From a virus (taxonomy: Duplodnaviria > Heunggongvirae > Uroviricota > Caudoviricetes), in the IMG/VR virus record IMGVR_UViG_3300042895_002216: a DNA stretch of 64,000 bases. The stretch is one strand, 5' to 3'. The notes under the pieces were generated by a model. That model saw only the letters and a program-made list of their open reading frames with translations. It was not told the DNA's origin and did not search any database. A program made the position numbers and the translations under genes. This document shows positions 18,742-27,614 of the stretch, piece after piece. How positions within the stretch are numbered: position 1 is the stretch's first letter; every line of letters begins with the position of its first letter.

Positions 18742-20083
18742 AACAGTAACTGAATACTTAGATCAGGACTATGCGATGTACGGAATGTACACGTTAGAAA
18801 ACCGGGCAATTCCTTCTGTAATAGATGGTTTCAAACCTACTCAGCGTAAAATCATTTATATCTCAGATAAAGTCTGGAAATCAGGCAATGAAAAGCCATT
18901 AAAGATATTCCAGTTAGGTGGTAAGATCGCAGCAGATGCCCACTACCATCACGGTGACGGGTCTCTAAATGGTGCAATCATTGGGATGGCTCAGTCATTT
19001 AAGAATTCATTACCTCTTCTTGACGAGATAGGCCAGTTCGGATCTCTAAGATCTCCTGAAGCTGGTGCGGCTCGTTATATTTCAACTAAACTTACTGGAA
19101 ATTTTAGACTTCTTTACAAGGATTTTGAATTGCTTGAGAATCAAGTCGAAGAAGGAAATACGATTGAACCTAAATTCTTCTTGCCAATTATCCCAACCGT
19201 TCTACTAAACGGAAGCTCAGGTATTGCAGTAGGATTTGCCACTAACATATTAAATCGTAATCCATTAGACTTAGTAGACTCATGTCTTAAAGTATTAGAT
19301 GGCAAGAAAATAGGCAAACTGCTTCCATGGTGGAGAGACTACATTGGCCCAGTCGAGTCAGTCGTTGGAACTAACCAGTACATTATGCGTGGAGTATACG
19401 AAGTTCTGAATACTACTACTGTCAAGATTACAGAGCTTCCGCCATCAATGACTTTTCAGAAATACGAAGTTCATTTGAATACTCTACAAGATAGAGGAAT
19501 TATTGTTTCGTACGATGACAATTCTTCAAATGGAATCAACTACACTCTTAAATTTGCAAGAGCTACACTAGCTGACCTAATTGGAAAAGGCCGGCTCGAC
19601 CAAACCCTTAAGATGATTGAGACTGAAACTGAGAACTTAACCTGCTTAAATGAAAAGGGCAAGCTTGCAATCTTTGAGGACATTACTCAAGTGGTAGATT
19701 ACTTTGTAAACTTTAGATTAAGTTTCTATGATAAACGCAAAGCATTCTTAATCAAGAAGTACGGTGAAGAATTAATTTACTTATCGAACCGAGCTAAATT
19801 CATTAAGCTTATTATTGATGGTAAACTTAAAGTAAATAACGTTCCACGTAAAGAGATCATTCTCTACCTGCAAACGGCAGACTTCGACGAAGTTAATGGA
19901 TCGTATAACTACTTACTCAACATGCCAATCCACTCTCTGACTAAAGAAACTTACGAGCAATTATTGAAAGAAGTTGCTGATATTAAATCGCTATTAGTCG
20001 ATATTAAAAAGAAGGATCCAACTGAGATGTATCGAGAAGATTTATTTGAGCTAAAGAAAAACCTAAAGTATTCTTCAAAGTAA
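18722..20083 (+). CDS. type II DNA topoisomerase DNA-cleavage subunit (T4 gp52 / GyrA N-terminal homolog)
   Basis: RAIPSVIDGFKPTQRKIIY (GyrA-like). Candidate active-site Tyr in AARYISTKL. Confidence 0.8.
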   Translation: MTHVKNKTVTEYLDQDYAMYGMYTLENRAIPSVIDGFKPTQRKIIYISDKVWKSGNEKPLKIFQLGGKIAADAHYHHGDGSLNGAIIGMAQSFKNSLPLLDEIGQFGSLRSPEAGAARYISTKLTGNFRLLYKDFELLENQVEEGNTIEPKFFLPIIPTVLLNGSSGIAVGFATNILNRNPLDLVDSCLKVLDGKKIGKLLPWWRDYIGPVESVVGTNQYIMRGVYEVLNTTTVKITELPPSMTFQKYEVHLNTLQDRGIIVSYDDNSSNGINYTLKFARATLADLIGKGRLDQTLKMIETETENLTCLNEKGKLAIFEDITQVVDYFVNFRLSFYDKRKAFLIKKYGEELIYLSNRAKFIKLIIDGKLKVNNVPRKEIILYLQTADFDEVNGSYNYLLNMPIHSLTKETYEQLLKEVADIKSLLVDIKKKDPTEMYREDLFELKKNLKYSSK

Positions 20084-20105
20084 AATAAAAATAAAGTAAT
20101 CAACC

Positions 20106-20657
20106 ATGTTAAAATCATTTAGCCAATTCGTAACTGGATTATTTGAAAAGAAAGGAGACGCTCATAGTTATGGATGTGCAATGGTCTATTTCAATTTTCC
20201 AACAATGCCTGAACTGCATTCAAAAATAGATGAAGCAGATATCTACACAGAAGAGGGCGATCGTTCATACGGTCTTGAGGATGAACCTCATACAACTCTT
20301 TTATATGGACTTCATTCGGCAGATATTAATGACGCTAAGGTATTAGAGATATGTAAATCTAAACCAATCGGTCAACTGACTCTACATAATGCATCTCTAT
20401 TTGAGAATGCTAAATACGATGTACTTAAGTTTGATGTAGAAAATCCAGTGTTGGCTGAGATTAATGCAGAACTTAGTAAGTTACCTCACACTACTGATTT
20501 CCCAGACTACCATCCACATGCAACAATCGGGTACCTAAAGCCTGGAACCGGCAAGAAATACGTTGACTTATTTAATGGTAATCGGCATGAAGTCGCTGCT
20601 CATAAAATAGTTTATTCAAAACCTGACGACAGTCGAATCGAAGAAGAATGGAATTAA
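20106..20657 (+). CDS. 2H phosphoesterase superfamily protein (LigT-like) with degenerate leader
   Basis: Two H-x-[TS]-x motifs (EPHTTLLYG and HPHATIGYL) spaced as in 2H cyclic phosphodiesterases / 2'-5' RNA ligases. The N-terminus MLKSFSQFVTGLFEKKG resembles the leader family. Confidence 0.6.
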   Translation: MLKSFSQFVTGLFEKKGDAHSYGCAMVYFNFPTMPELHSKIDEADIYTEEGDRSYGLEDEPHTTLLYGLHSADINDAKVLEICKSKPIGQLTLHNASLFENAKYDVLKFDVENPVLAEINAELSKLPHTTDFPDYHPHATIGYLKPGTGKKYVDLFNGNRHEVAAHKIVYSKPDDSRIEEEWN

Positions 20658-21103
20658 TTAGTACATACATTTGCAAGCAAGGAGATATTGGTGTCCACAA
20701 TAATATGTTTGGTGGAATTATCCTTTCTATTATTGACGATGCTGCTGCAAGTTATGCATCTCAAATATGCGACACCCAACGAGTAGTAACCCTAAAAATT
20801 GACGAGCTGGTTTTTTCAAAGCCAGTAAAGGTCGGTAATATTATAAAAATATACGGATCAGTAAAGGCGTTTGGAACAACTTCAGTTACTCTATACATTG
20901 AAGTTCGTAAGCATAATGTTTACACTGGAGTTCAAACAGTAGTTACTCACACAAATATAAAATTCGTTCGGATTGACGATGAGGGTAATTCCCTAGCAAT
21001 TAGCGAAGGAGTCAAAGTTAGATACACTGATCGAGTTAAGGAATTCGGCAGAGCTCTACTTGATCCAGACGAAATGTCAACTCGTAAAAATAAAAACAAA
21101 TAA
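20648..21103 (+). CDS. hotdog-fold acyl-CoA thioesterase-like protein
   Basis: FGGIILSIIDDAAASYAS...VVTLKIDELVFSKPVKVGNIIKIYGSVK matches the 4HBT/YbgC-type hotdog pattern. Confidence 0.6.
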   Translation: MELISTYICKQGDIGVHNNMFGGIILSIIDDAAASYASQICDTQRVVTLKIDELVFSKPVKVGNIIKIYGSVKAFGTTSVTLYIEVRKHNVYTGVQTVVTHTNIKFVRIDDEGNSLAISEGVKVRYTDRVKEFGRALLDPDEMSTRKNKNK

Positions 21104-21104
21104 C

Positions 21105-21281
21105 ATGATAACTCAAGAAATCTTAGACTCATTCGTTTATGAAACGCTTTCCGGAGAGTGGAACGTAACTGACCCTACTGAATTTGATCAGGTCCTAGTG
21201 GCAGGCCCATTTAAAACCAAAGAAGCAGCTGAAGCTGCTCTTATTGAATACGTTAAAGTAAATGAAATTACTTTCGAGTAA
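21105..21281 (+). CDS. small hypothetical protein
   Basis: Start moved to MITQEIL. Convergent with the minus-strand cassette. Confidence 0.35.
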   Translation: MITQEILDSFVYETLSGEWNVTDPTEFDQVLVAGPFKTKEAAEAALIEYVKVNEITFE

Positions 21282-22025
21282 TTAAAAGATATACTTTAAA
21301 AGAACTGACGCAGTTTCCTGAGAAGGATTAACTGAGTCTGTTATGTAATGAGGGTAACCTTGATAGCTATACGTATAAACTAATCCTATTTCTAAATTCT
21401 TTTTAATCTTAAGTGCGATTGTGTTTGTACTTCGCATGTTTAAATTATCTAGAAAAGAAACTTCTCTGCTTGAATAAATTGCTGGCTGAAATAGAGTAAC
21501 TGACGAGATCTTAATCAATCCGCTTTCGTAATTTGCTCTAAGTCTAGATGATGCTCTTACTGTAAAGTTATTATTTGAAACCTTAATGCTGGACCAAAAA
21601 TACTCTGGCAAAATTACTTCAGAGAAAACAATATCGAACTTCTTATTCTTGATAATTGATACGCCTAATCCCAAACCAGCTGAGCTTCGAAGATCTATTT
21701 TTCTCATGTATGATCTCTCATCTTCAGTAAATCCAATAACTTTAAACTTACCTATCTGTTTTGAAATATTTCCAGTCAAGTAGACTTCATTTTCGTACTG
21801 AGTCATTTCAGATTTTCCATACGCGGATTGCTTGCTCCAACGGTAAGTAGTATTTAGATTCCATTGATACGATCCAGTATCTCTTTTTAATTCAGCTTTC
21901 GTTGTAATACCAATTGCACTAAAGTTTCCCCTAGTTCCATCTCCTCCAACCGATATTGATTTTTTAATTTGACTAAATACAGGTAATGAGACTGTCAGTA
22001 ATAGTATCGTTAATATAAACTTCAT
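21282..22025 (-). CDS. secreted protein, possible outer-membrane beta-barrel
   Basis: Signal peptide MKFILTILLLTVSLPVFSQ. Alternating hydrophobic beta-strand-like pattern and a C-terminal aromatic residue. Confidence 0.45.
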   Translation of the reverse strand: MKFILTILLLTVSLPVFSQIKKSISVGGDGTRGNFSAIGITTKAELKRDTGSYQWNLNTTYRWSKQSAYGKSEMTQYENEVYLTGNISKQIGKFKVIGFTEDERSYMRKIDLRSSAGLGLGVSIIKNKKFDIVFSEVILPEYFWSSIKVSNNNFTVRASSRLRANYESGLIKISSVTLFQPAIYSSREVSFLDNLNMRSTNTIALKIKKNLEIGLVYTYSYQGYPHYITDSVNPSQETASVLLKYIF

Positions 22026-22492
22026 TATTTGTTACGTGTATTTTTTAACTGTATTATTTGGTTAACTGCATTTAGGAATAACCAGTCCTCGACATCAGTT
22101 AACTTACATAAAAAATTATATTCATGCATGTAACACATGAGCTCCTCTTCTCTTGCTGTAAACTTAATCAAGTTATTCCATAAGTACAGGTGATACGACT
22201 CATGCACCAATACGGCCGCTAAATTATTAATAGACGGACTAGTTACGTCCTTTGTATTAATCACAATAGTATTGGGTGGAAGGTTAGTAGATCTATCGCC
22301 CATTATAAACTCAATTCGTTTACAATTCGTAATCAGAGTTTGGTAACTAACTGAGTCAGTATCTTTTACAAGTAAAATAGCCCTCTCGACTCTAGCCTTC
22401 CAGCCGTCTCCGACATCGTCTATTACTATTTGAGAAAATCCAAATACTGGAATCGTTAATATTAATACAATTAAGGCATTTTTAAAATACAT
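22025..22492 (-). CDS. secreted protein with HExxH motif
   Basis: Signal peptide ending FSQ. VLVHESYHL is a zinc-metallopeptidase-type motif. Confidence 0.45.
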   Translation of the reverse strand: MYFKNALIVLILTIPVFGFSQIVIDDVGDGWKARVERAILLVKDTDSVSYQTLITNCKRIEFIMGDRSTNLPPNTIVINTKDVTSPSINNLAAVLVHESYHLYLWNNLIKFTAREEELMCYMHEYNFLCKLTDVEDWLFLNAVNQIIQLKNTRNK

Positions 22493-22944
22493 TGTTCAAG
22501 TGCTTTTTTGATAGAATTAGATACTGTCATTTTAGAAAACGGCATAGCACCCTCTTCCAATTCAATCATTACGGCTCTCACCTCAGTCTCAGACTCGCCA
22601 GTCCCTTCGTACTTTTGCCCGTTATAATAAATTCGAACAGCGACTTGTGTAACCTGCTCAGTCTTTTCTATTCCAGCAATACGTATGGTACTTTTAGGAA
22701 TACCGAAATAATAGATCTCAATCTTAATTGGGGATCCTGCATCAGATAGACAGTATTTAGAAGAAAGTAGGTCTTCTGCTATTTGCTTTACACCAAACCG
22801 AATATCACGGTTTCCTAATTCCCTAACCTTTGCGGTAGAATATACTGTGTCTATTTTAATACACATGTGAATTGGGCTAGTTTGCGAAAAAGCCAGCAGC
22901 TGTACCAATAGTAAAACTGCAAGCAATAAAATAAACTTCTTCAT
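22471..22944 (-). CDS. secreted protein
   Basis: Signal peptide MKKFILLLAVLLLVQLLAFSQ. Confidence 0.45.
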   Translation of the reverse strand: MKKFILLLAVLLLVQLLAFSQTSPIHMCIKIDTVYSTAKVRELGNRDIRFGVKQIAEDLLSSKYCLSDAGSPIKIEIYYFGIPKSTIRIAGIEKTEQVTQVAVRIYYNGQKYEGTGESETEVRAVMIELEEGAMPFSKMTVSNSIKKALEQCILKMP

Positions 22945-22957
22945 CTTATAAAATTTA

Positions 22958-23239
22958 TTATTTTTTTAGTTCAATTATTGCATCCTCAACGTATTTATCA
23001 CGTTGGTCTTGTAAGTATTGTATTCGATCGAGCATAATTTGTTTATCATCCTTTACTGTTTGCTCAGTATAGGCTTTTTGTGCTTCATATAGTTTTTGCC
23101 AATACGCTACACGCTCTTCCATCATCACGCCTTGATACCAAATAACCGCTATCATAAGTACGATGGTAAATGATTGTTCTTTTAGTTTAGAAAAGAAGGT
23201 ATCCGTAAATCCTGAAGTAGGGTTTGTTTCTTCTGCCAT
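22958..23239 (-). CDS. small membrane protein
   Basis: One TM helix (FTIVLMIAVIWYQGVMM) and a charged C-terminal coiled segment. Confidence 0.4.
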   Translation of the reverse strand: MAEETNPTSGFTDTFFSKLKEQSFTIVLMIAVIWYQGVMMEERVAYWQKLYEAQKAYTEQTVKDDKQIMLDRIQYLQDQRDKYVEDAIIELKK

Positions 23240-23259
23240 ATTTAATTTGTTTTTTTTAT

Positions 23260-24438
23260 TTATTGTGTATAGCCAGTCCGTAACAGATAAAAGCTAGTAG
23301 TTCCTCCATTAGTTGGTGTTGAAATAATCATTGATTGAACTCCTGGTATACTGGAGCGTAGATCACTTGTCCCGGAATTAATAGTTGTCCATTGAGCTGG
23401 CGTAAATATCCGATACGACGGATATGCATTTATCCAATTTGGAAATCTACCTGAAATTTTACCGAATATGCAATAGGAATCCGTTACATTAAACCGAGTA
23501 TCTTGATTAACGTCCATTGTATAATACAATTTAGAGCTTGGCATCACCGAGTATAATAACATTTGAATAGGGTATTGAGCAGCAGTTGATATTGGATTAC
23601 TAATAGTCAGATTTTCTAATCTAATTTGGAAATCATGGGACGCGTCATCTAAATTAGGTACCATTGAATATAGACCCAACGAATTAGTGTAATATGTTCC
23701 CTTTATGCTGAATGTAGTTTCCGGTGAAGCTGGTGTAAATCTAACTGAATAATTAGTTGCGCTCCATTGAGATGCATTCTTTCCACCGACTGGAACAACC
23801 GTTGACGAAGAAGTTGATATTAGACCGGCGGTCGCGTTATTACTACCACATAAAGGTTTTGAGGCATAATTTATATCTATTAAATTCGACGTTTCATATA
23901 GAATGAACTGAAATGTGTGTAGATTTGTTCTACACCCATAATGCGGAACTGCATTAAAAGAGACAGTCAACGATCTATTGGGCGATGTTCCTGATGTTAC
24001 GTATCTGATGTTAGCTGATCCAGGAAATAAGTCCTCCCAATCCGCTAAAATTGCGTTTAATGGAGACCCTGCATTTGGAATAAAGGCTGCAGTATATCCA
24101 GTTGTTTGGCCCGAGCTAAACCCGATCCATCCATTTGATCCAACGTAAAATTGAGTATACGTATTTCCAAAGTAGGTAAAACTAAATCCTATATTAAATG
24201 GTCCATGTGTAGCATCGTCCGATGATGGAATTACGGTACCGGTTGTATAACTAGGAGAAGTCGGATAAGTAGGAAAAGTTACTTCATATTGAACAATCCT
24301 TTTGCCGTATAGCAAGACTGGTATATTTTGTAAGCCTTGACCATTAGCTCCATAAACATATCCTGAATAAGTAAATGGTTGAGCATACACCGACCCTATA
24401 ATCAATGTAGCAATTAGTGTGATGATAAACTTTCTCAT
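23260..24438 (-). CDS. secreted protein
   Basis: Signal peptide MRKFIITLIATLIIGSVYAQ. 392 aa, rich in T/S/N/Y. Confidence 0.5.
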   Translation of the reverse strand: MRKFIITLIATLIIGSVYAQPFTYSGYVYGANGQGLQNIPVLLYGKRIVQYEVTFPTYPTSPSYTTGTVIPSSDDATHGPFNIGFSFTYFGNTYTQFYVGSNGWIGFSSGQTTGYTAAFIPNAGSPLNAILADWEDLFPGSANIRYVTSGTSPNRSLTVSFNAVPHYGCRTNLHTFQFILYETSNLIDINYASKPLCGSNNATAGLISTSSSTVVPVGGKNASQWSATNYSVRFTPASPETTFSIKGTYYTNSLGLYSMVPNLDDASHDFQIRLENLTISNPISTAAQYPIQMLLYSVMPSSKLYYTMDVNQDTRFNVTDSYCIFGKISGRFPNWINAYPSYRIFTPAQWTTINSGTSDLRSSIPGVQSMIISTPTNGGTTSFYLLRTGYTQ

Positions 24439-26105
24439 AATAGCATGCGAGTTCCCAGCATGATGGTATAGTTTAATGTGGATTCATTAATCGCCCAAGC
24501 TCCACCGGCGTTTATGTTAAGCTTAAATCGTTTAGTTATCCCGATATTAGTTCCCATAATAGGTAAAACCACATGTGGTGATTTTAATAGAACATCATTA
24601 TAGTAACTAACGTATGGGGCATACACGTACAAACATAACATTTTTACTGAAATTCTCTTAGAGATTTTCCAGTCATACATTCCTCCAGCAATAGCAGCAG
24701 TTCCTATAAAAGCAGTCCCTGATACTTGGCCGACTGAACCGGTTAGCATATAAAGAGCTTTTAGGTTTTTCGGCTTATTTAGAGTCCACATTTGACCTAC
24801 TGCTAATGTTCCATAGACAGTCATTTGTCTTTCAAAACCAATAGTAAGCGATGTAGAGATTAAATCTATTCTTCGCTTATTCATGAATGCATAAAAGCCT
24901 GTAATATTTGGACCCTTTATAGCAGTCGTATAGTCTGCACTAATTCCGTGAGATCTCTTTCCGTCCCATCTCATTGATGAGTAACCTCCAGTGACCTTTC
25001 CTCCAACTGTAACATCTGAATTTTTAAAATTGAATCCAACGAAATCGCTGCTTGCTAAAATACTAGGTCGATTCCCATTTTTATTAGAGGCACCGGCTGC
25101 TCCTCCACCTGCGGAAGTTGATTCCTGTACTGAACCAACTGATCCGCCAATTAAGTTAGTTTTTCCACCTGCTTCTGTTTCAGAAGTTGGCGTTGACTGA
25201 TTATTTGAGCCGCTTGTTCCAGAGCCAGCGGTCGTTCCAGACCCGCCTCCATTAACATTGCCGCTATTTGAAGTTGATCCGCTAGCTTGAGATCCGGTAG
25301 TTCCGTTGCCGGTTGTTGATCCGCTTCCGGTAGTTGAGCCGGTCGTTGAACCGCTTCCGGTAGTTGAGCCGGTCGTTGAACCGCTTCCAGTGGTTGATCC
25401 ACCTGCTTGAGACCCAGAGGTTCCATTGCCAGCTTGAGACCCAGCTGTTCCGTTACCGGCAGTTGATCCTGGTTCTCCAGATCCTCCGCTGCTTGTCGAG
25501 CCAGTTTCGTTCGAACCTTGAGTCTGTGAGCCCTGTGTCGTAGAAGATCCACTACTGCTAGTAGAGCTCCCATTGTTACTAGTGGTCCCAGAGTTAGAGC
25601 TACCACCAGTACTTCCATTAGATTGTGCATTTGTTGAAGTACTATTTTCTGCAGGTTTATCCGCCCCGCCTTTATTTTTGGAGTTACCCTTTGACTTGGA
25701 GGAATTTTGTACACTAGAGACAGTTCCGCCAATCATATTACTTGATCCGCCAGCCATATCAGATAGAGCCGATAATGAGTTTACTATTCCTAGAAAACTA
25801 ATTGCTGTATTTTGTGCTATATTAACTGAAGTAGGCATTCCTACTAAACTTGCACATGGGTTGTTATTACCAAAGGAAGAATAAACGCCTTGAGCCCATG
25901 TCTCAAAACCTCCATTGTAAAAATCCGTTGGTTGAAATGTATTTACTTGACCGTAATAGGTTACTGTTATTCCGTTTGATGGAACTTGTATTGTTTTGTT
26001 TATTCCAGTACATGGATCAGTGTAATTGTAGGAAAAGGTTTGAGCCATTCCCAATGACGATACTAAGATCCACGCAATAAGCAGTATAATTTTTTTAACA
26101 TACAT
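24435..26105 (-). CDS. secreted protein with long G/S/T-rich low-complexity linker and C-terminal beta-barrel-like domain
   Basis: Signal peptide ending GMAQ. (GSTTGSGSTTGSTT)n linker encoded by perfect 30-bp tandem DNA repeats at 25321-25380. C-terminal ~200 aa has alternating hydrophobic residues. Confidence 0.5.
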   Translation of the reverse strand: MYVKKIILLIAWILVSSLGMAQTFSYNYTDPCTGINKTIQVPSNGITVTYYGQVNTFQPTDFYNGGFETWAQGVYSSFGNNNPCASLVGMPTSVNIAQNTAISFLGIVNSLSALSDMAGGSSNMIGGTVSSVQNSSKSKGNSKNKGGADKPAENSTSTNAQSNGSTGGSSNSGTTSNNGSSTSSSGSSTTQGSQTQGSNETGSTSSGGSGEPGSTAGNGTAGSQAGNGTSGSQAGGSTTGSGSTTGSTTGSGSTTGSTTGSGSTTGNGTTGSQASGSTSNSGNVNGGGSGTTAGSGTSGSNNQSTPTSETEAGGKTNLIGGSVGSVQESTSAGGGAAGASNKNGNRPSILASSDFVGFNFKNSDVTVGGKVTGGYSSMRWDGKRSHGISADYTTAIKGPNITGFYAFMNKRRIDLISTSLTIGFERQMTVYGTLAVGQMWTLNKPKNLKALYMLTGSVGQVSGTAFIGTAAIAGGMYDWKISKRISVKMLCLYVYAPYVSYYNDVLLKSPHVVLPIMGTNIGITKRFKLNINAGGAWAINESTLNYTIMLGTRMLL

Positions 26106-26119
26106 TTGCGTTTCATATT

Positions 26120-26839
26120 TTAATTTTTGAAGATATTCTTCTTAATCATTCTCACCACTATCCTAGACGATGCTGTCTCTAACGCCTTTTTAGTTGTAAT
26201 ACCAATGGTAGATTGGTTAAATTTAATTTCACTATCGTCCACTCCATCTAAAATAGAAACGGTTTTAATAGTGGAAGCTTCGCCTAATCCTGAACCAACT
26301 AGAACTTCTCCAGTCTCAGCATCAACGAATTTTACCTGTAAACCCAGTCGAGTTGTTTGAGTTGTTTTAGACTCGCCGTTTATTCTAACGACTTCATCTT
26401 CTGATACAGAGAAATCGTAAACTTCAATATAGACAAAGTATTTTGCTAACTTGATTTTACCACGGCCGTCTAGTTTATTCTCAGTGAATCCTTTATCAGA
26501 CGCTTTAAATTGACTAATCATTCTCTCTTTAATTTCAAGTTTGTCTTCAGTAAATACAAAACGGTTTGTGTATTCCAAATATTCCAATACAATATTTGTT
26601 ACACCAAGACCAACCCGTTTATCCTTTAACTCAGGATACATTTCGTAAAGCTCCTCATTAATTCCAATCTTTAATAATTGAATAGGAATTTTAATTGTGT
26701 CAGTATATTCCGGAACAGAGTCAATTGACATCTTCTTTTCAAAAGAAGCTCGGTACTGCTCAGTCTTGATTGAACCAGGCTGAGCAATACATAAGCTTAC
26801 TGAGAAAAGCATTATTAAGATAAGTGCTAATCTCTTCAT
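26120..26839 (-). CDS. lipoprotein
   Basis: MKRLALILIMLFSVSLCIAQ with a lipobox-like SLC. Confidence 0.5.
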   Translation of the reverse strand: MKRLALILIMLFSVSLCIAQPGSIKTEQYRASFEKKMSIDSVPEYTDTIKIPIQLLKIGINEELYEMYPELKDKRVGLGVTNIVLEYLEYTNRFVFTEDKLEIKERMISQFKASDKGFTENKLDGRGKIKLAKYFVYIEVYDFSVSEDEVVRINGESKTTQTTRLGLQVKFVDAETGEVLVGSGLGEASTIKTVSILDGVDDSEIKFNQSTIGITTKKALETASSRIVVRMIKKNIFKN

Positions 26840-26841
26840 GA

Positions 26842-27204
26842 TTATTCGGTTACGTTATTTGAAGTAGTATTAGAAAGAGATACTCCATCTTCTTCGTCAA
26901 CCTTTTGAATTAACATTTTATCACGATCTTCTGAATTGAACCAGTAGTCAACTACTTTATTTAGGTTACCAACAAAGGCTCCCAATAAAAGAAGTAGTAA
27001 TTCTTTCCAATCTTCTGCGATTGTTACTCCAAAAAATACAGCTGAATTAATTCCAGCAATAATAAAGAAGAAAAGAAATAGAACGATTCCTGTAATTTTC
27101 CAACGGTTTGACTGCATTTGTTGTAGCATGTAGTAGAAGCGATTCTTGTCTTCAACCTTTACGTATGCAGATTCACCGATTAATAATTTTTTCAAATTAG
27201 ACAT
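26842..27204 (-). CDS. membrane protein (holin-like candidate)
   Basis: 120 aa with two adjacent TM segments, upstream of the endolysin on the same strand. Confidence 0.35.
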   Translation of the reverse strand: MSNLKKLLIGESAYVKVEDKNRFYYMLQQMQSNRWKITGIVLFLFFFIIAGINSAVFFGVTIAEDWKELLLLLLGAFVGNLNKVVDYWFNSEDRDKMLIQKVDEEDGVSLSNTTSNNVTE

Positions 27205-27265
27205 TGTAGTAGTAGTTTATTTTTAGTTCTGAAAATAAAAAGGCGGACGTTAATCCGCCTTCTGA

Positions 27266-27607
27266 TTACCAAGGAGCGTCTTCAGACTCGCTCTTCTTCT
27301 TTTCCGCTGGTTTTTCAGCTGGAGCTTTCTCAACAACTCTCTCACGGATTACTGTGTTAGTTCCGCCTGATTGTTTTTGTTGATTTGTATTATTGTTTTC
27401 AAGATTAACGTTGATAACTGGTTGAGCTGCTGGTGCAACCTGTTCAGTTTTCGTTTCTTCTTTTTCATGGTCACCTCCGTTAAATAGAGTAGTTGTAAGC
27501 CATGTACCTCCAGCTAAAACTGCCGTAGAGATCGTACCGATCAGGGTCTTCTTAAGACCTGACCATGTTCCATCATTTGTTTCTGCTGCGTTTGTTTCCT
27601 CAGACAT
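27266..27607 (-). CDS. membrane-anchored protein
   Basis: One TM helix (LIGTISTAVLAGGTWLTTTLF). C-terminal K/E/P-rich tail. Hairpin terminator on the minus strand at 27231-27260. Confidence 0.4.
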   Translation of the reverse strand: MSEETNAAETNDGTWSGLKKTLIGTISTAVLAGGTWLTTTLFNGGDHEKEETKTEQVAPAAQPVINVNLENNNTNQQKQSGGTNTVIRERVVEKAPAEKPAEKKKSESEDAPW

Positions 27608-27614
27608 TGTTTGT

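Noticed and set aside
25200-25460. A CRISPR-like array.
   Set aside because: The repeats are contiguous 30-bp tandem copies without unique spacers, and they are translated as a low-complexity protein linker.
25151-26080. Antisense and alternative-frame ORFs (25151-25732, 24991-25200, 25573-25884, 25850-26080) inside the 24435-26105 gene.
   Set aside because: They arise from the repetitive G/S/T-rich coding tract read in other frames. None has a signal, motif or start context.
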